A stretch of DNA of 64,000 nt, from positions 62,001 through 126,000 of the forward strand of contig JYFJ02001142.1 in the NCBI GenBank assembly GCA_000934665.2, in the 5' to 3' direction. Within the stretch, counting starts at the first letter, position 1, and each line of letters starts with the position of its first letter. The notes below the pieces were generated by a model. It made no database searches. It was not told where the DNA came from and worked only from the letters and a program-made list of their open reading frames with translations. Positions 15,301-26,800 of the stretch are shown here, piece after piece. The translations under genes were made by a program, and so were the position numbers. The stretch comes from Catajapyx aquilonaris (Eukaryota).

Positions 15301-18300
15301 CGTCGACTGGAGGGGGGAAATGTCGGCTGTATCTGATTCAGCCCCAGATTAAATGATGTATGGTTGGATGGATGGATGGAAAGGAAGGAAGGAAGGAAGA
15401 AGGGAGGGAACCAGAAGGCCCACGTGCCTGTCTATTGCTGTATTTCCCTTTTGCTAATGATGCTTTTAAGGCCTAAACGCAGCCATTCTGGTTCTTGTCA
15501 TCACCACTTCTAATCATGCATACCACCCTGCCACATAGTTCATACCATCAGGTCTGTGTACAAAATGAACATCATACCCCCAATAATTGAGCACCTGAAA
15601 CAATGAGAACTGTCGATATAATTCGTGCAATCCTAGTAATTATAGCACCAGGAAATATTAGTGACAAGGCGACAAAATTATGAGGGTATCACCGTGCAAC
15701 ATGCATCATTGTTAGCCTCTAAACTAAAGAGAAAACTGACGTATTTGGAAGCGTCAACACCACACCCTGGGTTGGAAAAAAAAAATCACGTGGGAAGATC
15801 ACAAGATATCCTTGAAGTTTGGCCTTTTGTTCATGGGTGAAAACTTTGATTATTTGGAGCTGTGTCACTCTCTTCTGGGCATGGTGCGAAGTATGCAAAG
15901 AGTTATAATTATGTACTCCGAACCAGAGCAGGTGGCGTTTAAAAAAAATATATATGCCGCGTGGGTGAGTCAGGAGGGCACCCTAATTAAGGTTGTGGAT
16001 GATGATGGCAGCAGGAAATCACGACTAGGTTTCAAGGTTCCAGGCTTCCCATTTCCCATGGATCCGGTACTGCTGCGACAATCCAGAAGATCCGGGCCTG
16101 TTTTTTTTCCATCACCTCGTCACCAAGTCCGGATATATGCATCCGCTTTTTTTAAAAAAATCCGGGGCTAATTGGAACCTGCGGATTTCATCTGACAAAA
16201 CTCTTTGGATGGATCTTCCCCCCACTTCTACTAATTGGATTACTCTGACAACTCTTGGAAAATTGGAACAAATAAGGGGAGGTCTGGCAAAACAAGGGAT
16301 TGAGTGACTAATGCCACTCTATGTACCTGCCAAGGCAGTTCCCTACTTAAGAACTATTTTTTCAAGGTGTCAAATATCGTCTTTAATGACCTTGGACTAA
16401 ACCGTATATCCTGACAGTTACGACAACCATCACATTCGCTTAAGAAAAGTATATCCGGCAGGGGCAACAATCAGGACCAGATCCTTTAATTTTTTTTTTA
16501 ATGCACATGTTCGTTGGGTTGCATCATGCAAGGATGACAAAGTCGAGGTGGAATGGTGTCTATTTTACGAGTATTTTTAAAAATCAGGCTGCATATGCTG
16601 CCAATCATCCATGGAATTAAAGATCGGCATGCAATTGACGCCCTCGAAATGCGACCTTGCGAAATTCATCCTCAGGGGTTGGTCACGTCATGCCAATTTT
16701 GGCTTCTAGAGTGGGTCCATTGTTTTTTTTTAAAGGTGGGGGGGGGGGGGTATAACAGGGGCGGGGGACTCACGGGAGTGTTTGGTAGGCTGGCTGCAGA
16801 TACATGAAAGGAGAGGAGGAGGCGCTGGCAACGTGGGCCGAGGGCTCGTTCAATAACCCAAAACTCCCGAGGCCGCCGCCACCGCCACACCAAAAGGGAT
16901 GCGCCCCTTCGTTTTACACCTCATCCTGATCACATTATAGACACACAAACTTGTGCAATCACTCAATACCGCCTCAAAGCATATGTGTGTTCAACTTGGG
17001 GCCGACCGCTCCCCAAAATCTTAATGACTGGCGGCCCTTTCAACGCCCTCCTTTTTTGCATGTCGACTGACGACACCGTGACTTCACAGATCGGGCCAGG
17101 TGACAGGCAGGTGTGTCAAACATGACCAAAAGTGTGTCCGAGCCATTGTAATGTGTGTGTTACTACTACTAACTACACCGTGGGTGCAGCCGCGCACTAA
17201 TCAAGATATCAGGGGAGAGTAGTTGTGATGGAATAATGGTATTATGCAGAGTGGTTCGTTACTTGACAGCCAGTTCCTCATCAGCATGGCTATTGACATT
17301 TCGCATGGCGGATGTCGCTATTTGAGCGTCACATCAGTTTCCGATTTGTGTGAATTGAAAAGAAGGAACTATTTTTAGCATATATTTATACTAGAACAAC
17401 TGTTAGGCTCATTAAGTAGCACATGGCAATACCTGACTCGTGTGTCGCAGCTCGGTTTCAGGGCAATGTGACCAAGGCTCTTTGAGAATACATTTCACAA
17501 AGGGCTCCTATATTTCATTACACGCCCAATTTAATGCCACTTGTGTACAGCAAATGCTATTAGAACCATGTCAAAATTATATTTTACCTTTTAAAATATA
17601 TTACGACCACTTTAAGCTACATTAGACTACATGATTTAATGCTGGTGGTCCTGCTGCGATTGTCCTGTGCTACTGCAATGTAAGTCAGTTCTCTGCTGCC
17701 CTTTACGGTCCATACAGTGGCGAGAAATGAATTTATGAAACACCCAGTGCTGAGAATGTTAAAAAATCATTACACGAGCAACAGTCAGGCCAATGATTCA
17801 ACGCACCGCAGTACTTCATATATTAATCCCTCTCCTTCAGCTGGATATGCAAATCAATATTTCCATAGTTTAAAAAAAAACTCTGTTCTCCTGGCGTTAA
17901 TGTGCAGCTGGCAGATGACGGTTGTTAATATTACATTCCGTGTAAAGCGTAGCATTTTATCGAGCCGCGACTCGTTTTCCGCTCGCAATATATTTGATGC
18001 CGAGTATTCATTGCCGTGTCGTTAATCGAGTGGAATATCAAGTTTTTCACTCTCACACATATACACATCAGCGTCCTTAATTTCGCCAGGTACTTCGGAG
18101 CACACTAATCGGTCAAGTTTAGGAATGCCACGAAAAATTGCCGAGAATATGTCAGATCATAGAGGATGGGAGGTACGGAGCGAGATATTTCAGTGGAGCC
18201 CCGTGACAAGTGGAGGCTGAAGACTAGAAAATTTTGATTGCCAAGCGGAAATGACGTGAGGCGAATGACCTCACCTGGCCCAGGCAAGAATGGGACGACA

Positions 18301-21300
18301 GCCGGGGATATAAGAACGATATTAAATTGAAAATGTGGGAAAGAAGCTGTACGGAAAACGAGCCGGATCCATATCTGTACCCAAAATCGCATTTTTTTTT
18401 TGTTATCTCTCTCCCGGGGGTCTGTATAACATTCTCCTTAGTCATGCGCACTGAACCAGCCTATTTATTACTGTGCGAAAAATCCGAACTTCTCAAGGAT
18501 GTGACACTCGACACTGCTAGGAATAAACCGGCTTAGGAATCGAATCTCTTTCCCAACATAAAGCGCGCGCCTGGTTTTTATTGCAATTAAGCACGGAAAG
18601 AGCTATTTCAAGTCGCGAACAAAAAAGGGACGACACGAGCAGATATCACGGAATAAGATCAAGCGTGTTAAGAGGCACGGAAGGTCAACTCTAGGACCGT
18701 GTCAAGACCGTTTTTTGACACAAGACACTGCAATTCCGGAAAAAAAACGGCAGCTCTTGAAGAGATGCTCCGTCATAGTACCGGCAACAGGATCTCTTAT
18801 AGGTGTCATTGAGGGTACAGTCTGCTGCAGACCCTAATGACTTGTGTTAACATTTGATTTAAATTAATAAAGGCGCGGTCGCACGGTGGGTTGCATACCT
18901 GCTAGGATAGCACTGGCCCCTTTTAAAATGGTTAAATCTTGAGGGAGCCAAATTGTTGGCAACGATCGAATCTGCGGGCCTAGTAGTCTCGCGGCACACA
19001 TATTTCTCCTCGAGAATCAGCCTCTGAACAAACCCGCCATAGATTTTCCGTTAATCACCGGGCACGAGCGGACGGGCATGATTCCTGAGGAGTTATATGG
19101 CACCAGAGCAAGCCTCCCGGAACAATTAATCCTCCGGGAAGTTTGAATTGAAGAGGTGGGCTCCAGGCGCCCTTGGATCGACTGACTCTTTATGAGAACG
19201 AATGAGTCACGTGCATGGGAGAAAAAGGGGGGCGGTTTCAGCAGGCGTCACGTCTCCAGGTGAAAAGGGGGACAGCATGAAAGAGACTGTACCTTGTCCT
19301 TGTGAGGCGTCGGCGGCGGGTGAGGTGGGTCGGGTTGGACCAAGGGCGGCCCGTGGGTGTGGCAGACCGGGGCGTCCTGCTGGGGGCCCACCCGGTTGCC
19401 CTTCTTCCTCTTCTTAATCTTGCTCGCCCAGCCGGTGGTGATCCATTGGGAGGACATGGTGTCCACGCACCTTCCATCCGGAGCTACCTCTCCTGTTTCT
19501 TCTTCCTCCGCCGGAGCTACCGGCTGCTCTTTGGAAGCGCCGGCGCACTCGCCTCTACCCCCTCCCGCCGCCTCTACCCCACCACCACCACCATTCTTCC
19601 TCCTCCGCCTCCGCCTCTTGTTCCTCTTCATCTGATGCTGCTGGTCCTCCTCCTCTTCTTCCTCCTCCTCGTCGCCTTCCTCCAGCACGGCCACCGCCCC
19701 ACCGGCTACATCTCCGTCCCAGGGACCTCCCCCGTCTCCTCCGCCGGACTCCAGAGCGGCCCGTCTGCCCTGCTGAGACAACAACGGCAGACAATCAGCA
19801 GCGGGCACGTGACGTGTATACTGTACACACATGAACACAGCGACCTCCACCAATCGCCCACGGGTGGTGCCGTCCGTCGCCCCCTCCCCGACCTGTTCTC
19901 TCTTTATGGGCAAAGTCACAGGCACCATTCATCCCCAGGAGCACATCGCTCATGGGTTGAAAGGCATCGCCCGCGCGACACGTACAGGGTGATACTTAAA
20001 GGGAGAATGAGTGAAATTTTCGTACCACTGCTAGTTACTGCTAACTTAGCAGTAACTAGCAGCACTGTTGAAAATTCCACCGGAAGATGAAGCCATTACT
20101 CTGCAATGAAATTGCCAAAATGGTGATGTCAGTCGGAACTTTACAGAAATTGGAGTATCATGTATCAACTGTGCGCTAACAGTGGTTTGCATGCAGGTTG
20201 CATACGTGTGCAGGCGCTGATACGGCTTCTTTGACGGACTCTCGCGCCCAACTAGGACACCACCGACCCATATTATGTTCTCCTTACCAGCAGGTTGATT
20301 CACTCGGAGCGTCAAGTTTGCCTGTAGCATTCATGTGAACACTACGCAGCGTGCGCTATGAGTTTTGGGACATCTGCAAAACTTATACTGTACCTCAATA
20401 TGCATGCACCATACAACATATTTCCCAGAAAAGGGGCAGATGCAGGAGAGCCAGTTAAATCACAAATGAATAGGGCTGGCAAAATGAAACTGCCTTAAAT
20501 TGTGCTGATGAAGAATGATGTGTCTCTTGGGCAAGCACCAAGATCCCATATAACAATCTTCCTATGCATTTGGGAAGGGTCTTATAGGTGTAACAAAATT
20601 ATGTTTATACGTGGAAGCTGTCTCCGGACAACATATACTCCAAACTCACAATCTTTCCGGGGCTCCCAAACTCTCTACTTTATAGCCACTTCACGACGCT
20701 AATGCATATTTCATCCTCCCGAGAGTCTTCCTCGCTCAAAACATCTTCCAGACTACCCAAAGACGTTTCCATTACTCCCGCTCACTAGTGCTTATAATCG
20801 ATCAGTATAGTATCCGGCGACCTATACCGTGCAAGGTTGCAGTAACCTCCAGACACTATAAATTAGGCCCTCCTAATTGAGGGTTACCCATCCCTCCAAC
20901 ATGGAGATCGCAAATCCGTTTAATTAGTAGGAGAAAATAATCTTTGATATGACTCCGCCCTTTTGACCCATCTGACAAGTACACGCATGAAGCAGCGTAC
21001 ACCTTCAGGCCACATGCAATGAATTTCAACGCCACGCTTGATTTATTAACAATTCAATGTCGACTTGCCGCTTTCGATTCACCGGATTCCTCTGCATAGC
21101 CCCTTGCAGCAGCTCTCCCCGGAGCCAGGATGCAATCGGTCATGCATGATTATGACTCACCATCCTTTATTAACAAATCTTATGGCCTACCTACCTCCGC
21201 TAACTGGCTAAACAGAAACTGCATTTTCAACAGTGGAGCCCTATAGCCCCGCTGGTGACAATTAGTGTGACTCTAAAGGGACCCTGGCGACACACTCCCC

Positions 21301-23892
21301 CCCTAAAACGAATTAGTCCCTTCTGACCCCCAAGCGCGAAATGGACCGAGAGTGGACACCAAAATGTGCTCCACTTACATATACACTTGTCCTGTACTAC
21401 AAATTATCACTGGTGTTTACTTTACGCTCAGTGTGCATACAGGGTGTGTCGCAACTTCATGTCGGGGCAGTTGTGACTCACCCTGTACTTGTGTATACAG
21501 TGCTTTCATATACACGGTTGGGCCTAGAGCATGCTGGACATTTTGCTCCTTTGAAACTCAGCCGGGTTCCGGTAATGAGATTTAGGCCCGGTCGTTGTGC
21601 TCCGGACTCGCAAGCTACACTCGCGTATGAAAATGAAGTAATATGCGGCATATGCCCGGGACACATTGTACCAATTTGATCCTGGCGAATAATGCAAGGC
21701 CAGAGTGGCATGATGCATTCACTCGCCGGCTCAAATTTTACGCACAATTACCCACGGATTTTTTCTCCCTTTCAAAAAATCGTGCAAGCGCGATTCATTA
21801 ATACGAACCCAGAAAAGGTGTCGAGAAATTTTTACGAAAATGTTTTAGTTCCAATGTATTGTGTATTGAGCTGGTTACATCTTCCCACAGGAGGAACATG
21901 TTTACTCCCTCGCCCGATTGAAATCTGGCAGTGAATTACATCCCTAATTAGTGCATAATTCTGATTGGACCGCAGCAAGTTCGTTGACTTCTATCTCCGG
22001 CACGCGATGAATTAAGCCTTGCAGAACTTTTTTCTCCTCTTTTTTTCTCTCATTTTTTTCCCCCACCCACCCACCCACTATACTGCACTTTTCTTACCGG
22101 AACACTTCAAGAGGCCAAGGTCTTGCGCCTACCGCTTCCCTTATACCCGCCTAATGTTGTCTTCTCCACCTTAACCAAGGCCGTCCCCTACCCGAAATAG
22201 ACCTGCCATTCCTCTCATCCATTATGCAATAGGACAAGAGACCCATCCGACTAACTTGCGCATCAGTTAATCCCTGGATCCATCTTTGTCTGGACTAAGC
22301 CACACCTTTTTGTCTATGAGTATTCACCTCACAAGCCCAACTTCCTGCGAGTCCAATCCTTGGCCGCGTTTTTTTTTAAAGGGAGAGTTCAATGTCGTTT
22401 TGGCCCAATATTACATCAGCGCAACGAGTCATGAGTTACCCAATTTTGGTCAGGAACTTTTCGGGGATGATCTTGCCACACTTTTCTCTCCAGGAAAAAT
22501 AGAGCAAGTTGGGCCAACTGGAGCGTAGATTTTCGAAATTCCGTGGGATTTAATAGAGCGGGCCTTGATGGAAGTGTCGTGACAGCCTGGCAATAATGCT
22601 GATTATGTCAGCAACAATGGTTTTCGTCTCTCCCACAGGGTCTGGGTGATGATGAAGGACGGGGCTGTGGCGGCAGTTGGCATCCGGATTTCGTCCCAGG
22701 TCGATTAATGGCATGGGCCTGTAGCTATTCTGTTGCATTATGCACAACCAACGACAACGACATGCTGCCGCTCGCGGTATATATGGTCAACGTACCCACT
22801 TAGTAAAGCTGCAGAGTTGGCACTCGCCTGAGAAGATGTGGTAAGAGATTTTACAAATTGATGGAGTCAGCCACTGTACGACGTTAGCAGTTCTTCTTGA
22901 GTTACAAATTGCACCATCCAAATAACTTGAGCTCGAACGTTTTTTTTCCCTGCCCTATGAAATTTAACTGCTACGATGTGGCAGCGGATCAAGAAAACAC
23001 ATTAACTACACCTATGCCACTCGGATGTCGCATGACATCACACATTTTTTTTGCGCCCCGAATTATATCCGACAAACAAGCCGCGTCATCATCCATATTC
23101 TTATGCTCAGCAACGCATTTTCTGGCTGCTCATAAACATAAAAAACCAATTGCATAACGTGATTGATCGGCTTCATCCCCCTATACCCGGCCCTACAGGG
23201 TGCTTGATTCTGATAATAATGGTGGCGCCGAGGGTTTTGGTCGCCACCATGACCAACGCTTCTGCTTCCAAGGCATACGATCTGTCAGCAATTACGACTA
23301 ATGAGGAGGAAAAGGAGATTCCCATGGCCGCAAAAAAAAAGCTCAGGACGTAAGGTGGAGAAATGAATATCATCTCTGAAACTGTTTTGGGCCGCCTCCA
23401 GGAACAAAAGGAAAGCCTGCGCCGAAAAAGAGGAGCGTGGAAAAAAAGTGACTTTCCCCCTGCGGACTATCGCACGCTAATTAATCGCTCGTATCCACTG
23501 CAGAAATGTCTTTCTCTTCCCTTTCTAACTGTTTCGGGTAGGGCTCTTTCCAACGGGAATGGAAAAGGAAGAAAGCAGTCCCGAAATGTCTGAAGGCTTC
23601 CCCCCCATATACCATTCTTGAATAAGCTTAACAATAATGGTAGCTTGCATTGATGCCCTCAGAGTGACTCATTCTCCTATTAAGAGCCCCACAACAGGTT
23701 GTCGTCGTGATTCCGCCCCAGCAACCAGTCTCATCACCATTATTTTTGGTCCCCCCTTGAGGATGAAAAATGGAACCAAATGCCAGCAATTGGCTCTGGG
23801 CTTGTCTAGGGTTGATTTATAGTACTCACCCTGAATCCGAACCGCAGCTTGACGTACTTTTTGACGAACATGCGCCAGAGTAAGAAGGCCAT
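1679..23892 (-). CDS. PLEKHG4B/ARHGEF40 (puratrophin-1/Solo-like) RhoGEF family gene, 5' portion; continues beyond the left edge of the window
   Basis: Frame-compatible GT-AG exons: 23830-23892, 19293-19772, 14901-15101, 2321-2485, 1679-2192 (the last ends in phase 1). The spliced product SVDQVVGELL...HFLDSASCLLRRL / GWPLTWGSRRVVLHLGLLDPELLRNGDCYVCI / QWLEE...GVERIPMDQLV aligns by eye with the conserved ARHGEF40/PLEKHG4B N-terminal domain (recalled as [31 protein letters not shown] ... GIQRLPWAELI). The DH-PH domains are not in this window. Confidence 0.75.
2321..2485 (-). CDS. RhoGEF gene coding exon (GWPL...LLRNGDCY motif)
   Basis: Acceptor ccatttgcag|, donor CAG|gtgagg; 165 nt, phase 0-0; carries the most conserved motif of the ARHGEF40/PLEKHG4B N-terminal domain. 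Confidence 0.85.
3343..3384. repeat. (AG)n microsatellite
   Basis: Uninterrupted AG dinucleotide run. Confidence 0.95.
3800..4520 (-). mobile_element. Decayed tyrosine-recombinase retroelement (DIRS/Ngaro-like) remnant
   Basis: KKTYRRVH...NNDIP...VLRSFLAE resembles the N-terminal SAM-like part of YR proteins. After a frameshift, RIRPSARTTQHKGIPAS resembles the catalytic HSFRIGAATxAAxxGIP box. Catalytic residues are not intact. Confidence 0.35.
8922..8953. repeat. (CT)n microsatellite followed by a short (AC)n
   Basis: Direct observation. Confidence 0.95.
9318..9386. repeat. Compound (ATC)n(ATT)n microsatellite
   Basis: Direct observation. Confidence 0.95.
10270..10940 (-). mobile_element. 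Decayed DIRS-like tyrosine recombinase remnant
   Basis: Frameshifted pieces NYDEWDPVIAADPFLSW, RKLAKMLM, KSWVAGWIPQIL and GAGIVKEAA occur in the order expected for DIRS YR (RYxxxWDxxxVLxxL, KLxxLL, IxRWIxxxL, IxxAAxW). By-eye match only. Confidence 0.35.
14901..15101 (-). CDS. RhoGEF gene coding exon (SVDQVVGELL...FIQTPT)
   Basis: Acceptor cttccctcggcag|, donor ACG|gtgagt; 201 nt, phase 0-0; resembles the first helices of the ARHGEF40/PLEKHG4B N-terminal domain. Confidence 0.8.
19293..19772 (-). CDS. RhoGEF gene low-complexity exon (poly-E, poly-R, poly-G), with a possible internal start MSSQWITTGW at 19457
   Basis: Tandem CAGCAG acceptor at 19774-19770, donor AAG|gtacag at 19292; phase 0-0 open frame; ACC-ATG context at 19457. 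Confidence 0.55.
21440..21485. mobile_element. 46-bp Tc1/mariner-type miniature element
   Basis: TA|CAGGGTGTGTCGCAACT...AGTTGTGACTCACCCTG|TA: 17-bp imperfect TIRs with CAGGGTG termini and a TA duplication. Confidence 0.7.
23830..23892 (-). CDS. Putative first coding exon of the RhoGEF gene (MAFLLWRMFVKKYVKLRFGFR)
   Basis: gacATGG start, 21 open codons, consensus donor AGG|gtgagt in phase 0, compatible with both downstream phase-0 acceptors. Too short for the supplied ORF track. Confidence 0.6.
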
Positions 23893-26800
23893 GTCTTGGC
23901 TCGTGATCCGTGCATGCACATACACTACACCCGGCACAAGTCACTGGTCCGCACTAACTGCTGACACTTGAGCGCACGTGGGTCGTGGGCCAAGTGAGAC
24001 CGAGCACAACCGCCTCCACACCTCCAGGGCCTTTTTCCGTTGCTTTCCCATTGGCTACTTCTCACCTGCCCTCACCTGCCCTCACCTCAACTCCACTACC
24101 CTTCCTCCCCCTAACCTTCAGGCATCTACCTGCACTTGTTGGGGTACAACATGTCTCCTGCATCCAGACAGCAACACACACACACACGCTTTTGACTTTA
24201 TTCCCACAGCACACTAACCTCCTTCACTCGTCATCCCAACTGTTTACCCTGCCATATACACACATTCCTCCCACACACTCCTTGGTCCATTCCATGCCGG
24301 AGCATAAATCACTCTGTTTCGCACACTCTTATTACGGCCGGACATTCCTGACGCGTTCCGGGTGGTCTTTTGCTCCGTACACTTTATGGGTTGGGACAAA
24401 CGTATCCTGACATTAAGCAACCAGCATCACTCAACGGTGCTGACAGTTGCGTATCGCCAGGATACTTCGGCCGAAACTTTTTTTGTGACAAAACTTGCAC
24501 TGGAAAACCTTGCATTCGTAAGGATCGTAACATGCTGGTCATCATGAGCCCTGCAGGGGGTTCTCACACATAAAAATACGCCATTCAAACACCGATGTAG
24601 CAAACTCCCAATTTAAAATAGAGTCAGGCTCCGCCCTGGGCTGTCACGATGTTCAGACACGTTCTGGTACACTGACTGTGAGTATATGTAGTTACTGTAC
24701 ATCAATGTTATGTCTGCCTGTCTCGATTCAAGCATAATTTTGGTACACGACGTAGCATACATTCCGGTATATCCCAGCGGCAATGATCTGTGTGCTTCGG
24801 GATATGTAAAACTGCTGGGGTAAGGAGTTAGACCCTATATAGCATTAGGTGGAGGGGGACGAAGAGCTGTTTCCCTGGCTGGTGGAGACGTGAAGGTGAA
24901 TATTCATGGTGAGCAACAAGGTGGAAGGAAAATATGGCAGAGCAACGGAGCAAGGAGAGGGGGAGCACGCAGAGAACATATACTACGTGTAATATGTCCC
25001 ACAGGAGGCTTTTGTAACTGGAAACGCCTTTCCTGTTGCTTTTTATTAGCACTTGGCCGCTTGCTGCCTTTCCAACCAAGCCCAACTATATACTGTGGGT
25101 ATAAACACTGCACCGGCTACTCTTATCTTCATGGGCAAGCTGTATGGAATTCGGATTGTTACGGAGAGAGATGAGTCCCATGCAAGCAGAGAGATCGTTT
25201 TCCACCTATCAGCAGGCTTTCTCTCTGTTCGCCAATAATACAGTCTGAGGGCCTCTCTGACATCACTATTTTTTGTACGCCTCTTCCTTCCCTCTTAATT
25301 AATCCTTTTCTTTCGCGGGGAAAGGAACAAAGGCAGATTCTTGCACGTCGATAAATCATATTACTATCCGAAAGGTGTAAGACCTGCGCCAACCCAACCA
25401 TCTACAACCCACATTTTTGTGTCTGGGGAGGATGGTCAATGAGACAGGTTGAATACACCTCGCAGGCTGTAACTCTGAACTTGTACGCTTCTTTGATTTA
25501 TGCAGTGGAACGAGGAAAATGGTACTTTTCTAAAATAAATATCAAGTTTGGAGGGGCTCCAAACTGGTTTTAGCATACAGCCCAAATGAGTAATCTTGAT
25601 TTTACTCTTGAGAAATATGACTCCTTATGACGTGATATCTTTTCATAAGTGAAGGCTTACCAACCTTCACGCTGGCGTTTTCTTCCCAGCATTATCGGTG
25701 GTGGCTTATCACCAATGGAAACCGTTGAAATCAGTTTCAGGCCAGCTTGATGTAGTGGTTACGGATGCTACTCTCTGTCCCCTGGCGATCTACGTCCTCT
25801 TTTCATCTGAATCATCAATAGAAAAAGGTCTGGTTAGTTGCGAGGCTATGACTAATGCTATGCTCCCTTGGGAACTCCCGCCCCCGCTTCCCCAACATGA
25901 CTCCACCCTCTTCTAATGGGGTATCGAAAAATGAGAGCAAATTAAAGCAAGAAACAAAGTGGTCATTATTGTTGTCTGAAGGCGTGCAACCACCATTAGG
26001 GATGGCATCTCCAAGTAGGAGTAATAAATTAAGTAATTATTTGTAACAATTTTTAGTAAGACATTAGATTAGGCTACTGAGTACGAACCATTCATGAAAA
26101 GAAAGACAGGAAATTGACAGTATTTGGTTTGAATAGTCAGTGCATTGTGAAGGTTAATGGTCATACTAGTTAGCCTGCATGTTTTTCATTTCCCACACAT
26201 TCAAATTGTGGCAATGTTCTAATTATTCTCTATTTATGAGTTTATCATTATCGCCGCACATACAACTGCTAACAATACATAGAGAGTTTCACACAAACCG
26301 TAATAAGCGCGTACAGTAGTTGATTCGTTTAGAGATACGATTAAATCTGTGCTCCTGTGTGCATACGCATGATATGTGCTTCCGTTCTTCTTGCTCCAGT
26401 TAAGACAATGCCGAGACTAAAGTGTTAGCATATTAACTCGCCGCATCAATGAGAATATCTACGATCAGTAGAAATAAGTTGTGCGCCTAAACCGATATAT
26501 CAAATCTAAAATGTTGCGAAAACAAAATAATGTGACATTAAATTATAGTGGCTGATGGAATTATGTCGAGTTGTTGTATGTAGGGTCTGTAATTATCTGC
26601 ACTGCCAAGTTACCGATTGTAGAGCTTGAACAATCCACATACGGATGAAGTTGTGTACTAATGTACGATTATTCAGTCCGGTAAGTGTACATGCAGCACG
26701 TGAGTACTGCGTCAAAGAAAAATGTGGCCCAGCAACTGTTGCAGGCTCTCTGCGGTTTGTTTGCTTTTGTAAGCTTCCAATAAAAAATAGAAAAATTCAT

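Noticed and set aside
19302..20090. 262-aa plus-strand ORF with an apparent transmembrane segment
   Set aside because: The Leu/Phe run is the reverse complement of the poly-Glu/Arg tract in the minus-strand exon.
5500..22650. Further possible TE scraps (RTE-like endonuclease ~5500-5870, piggyBac-like ~8050-8400, LINE endonuclease ~18100-18330, hAT-like ~22280-22650)
   Set aside because: Only one or two degenerate motifs each; too weak to call without a search.
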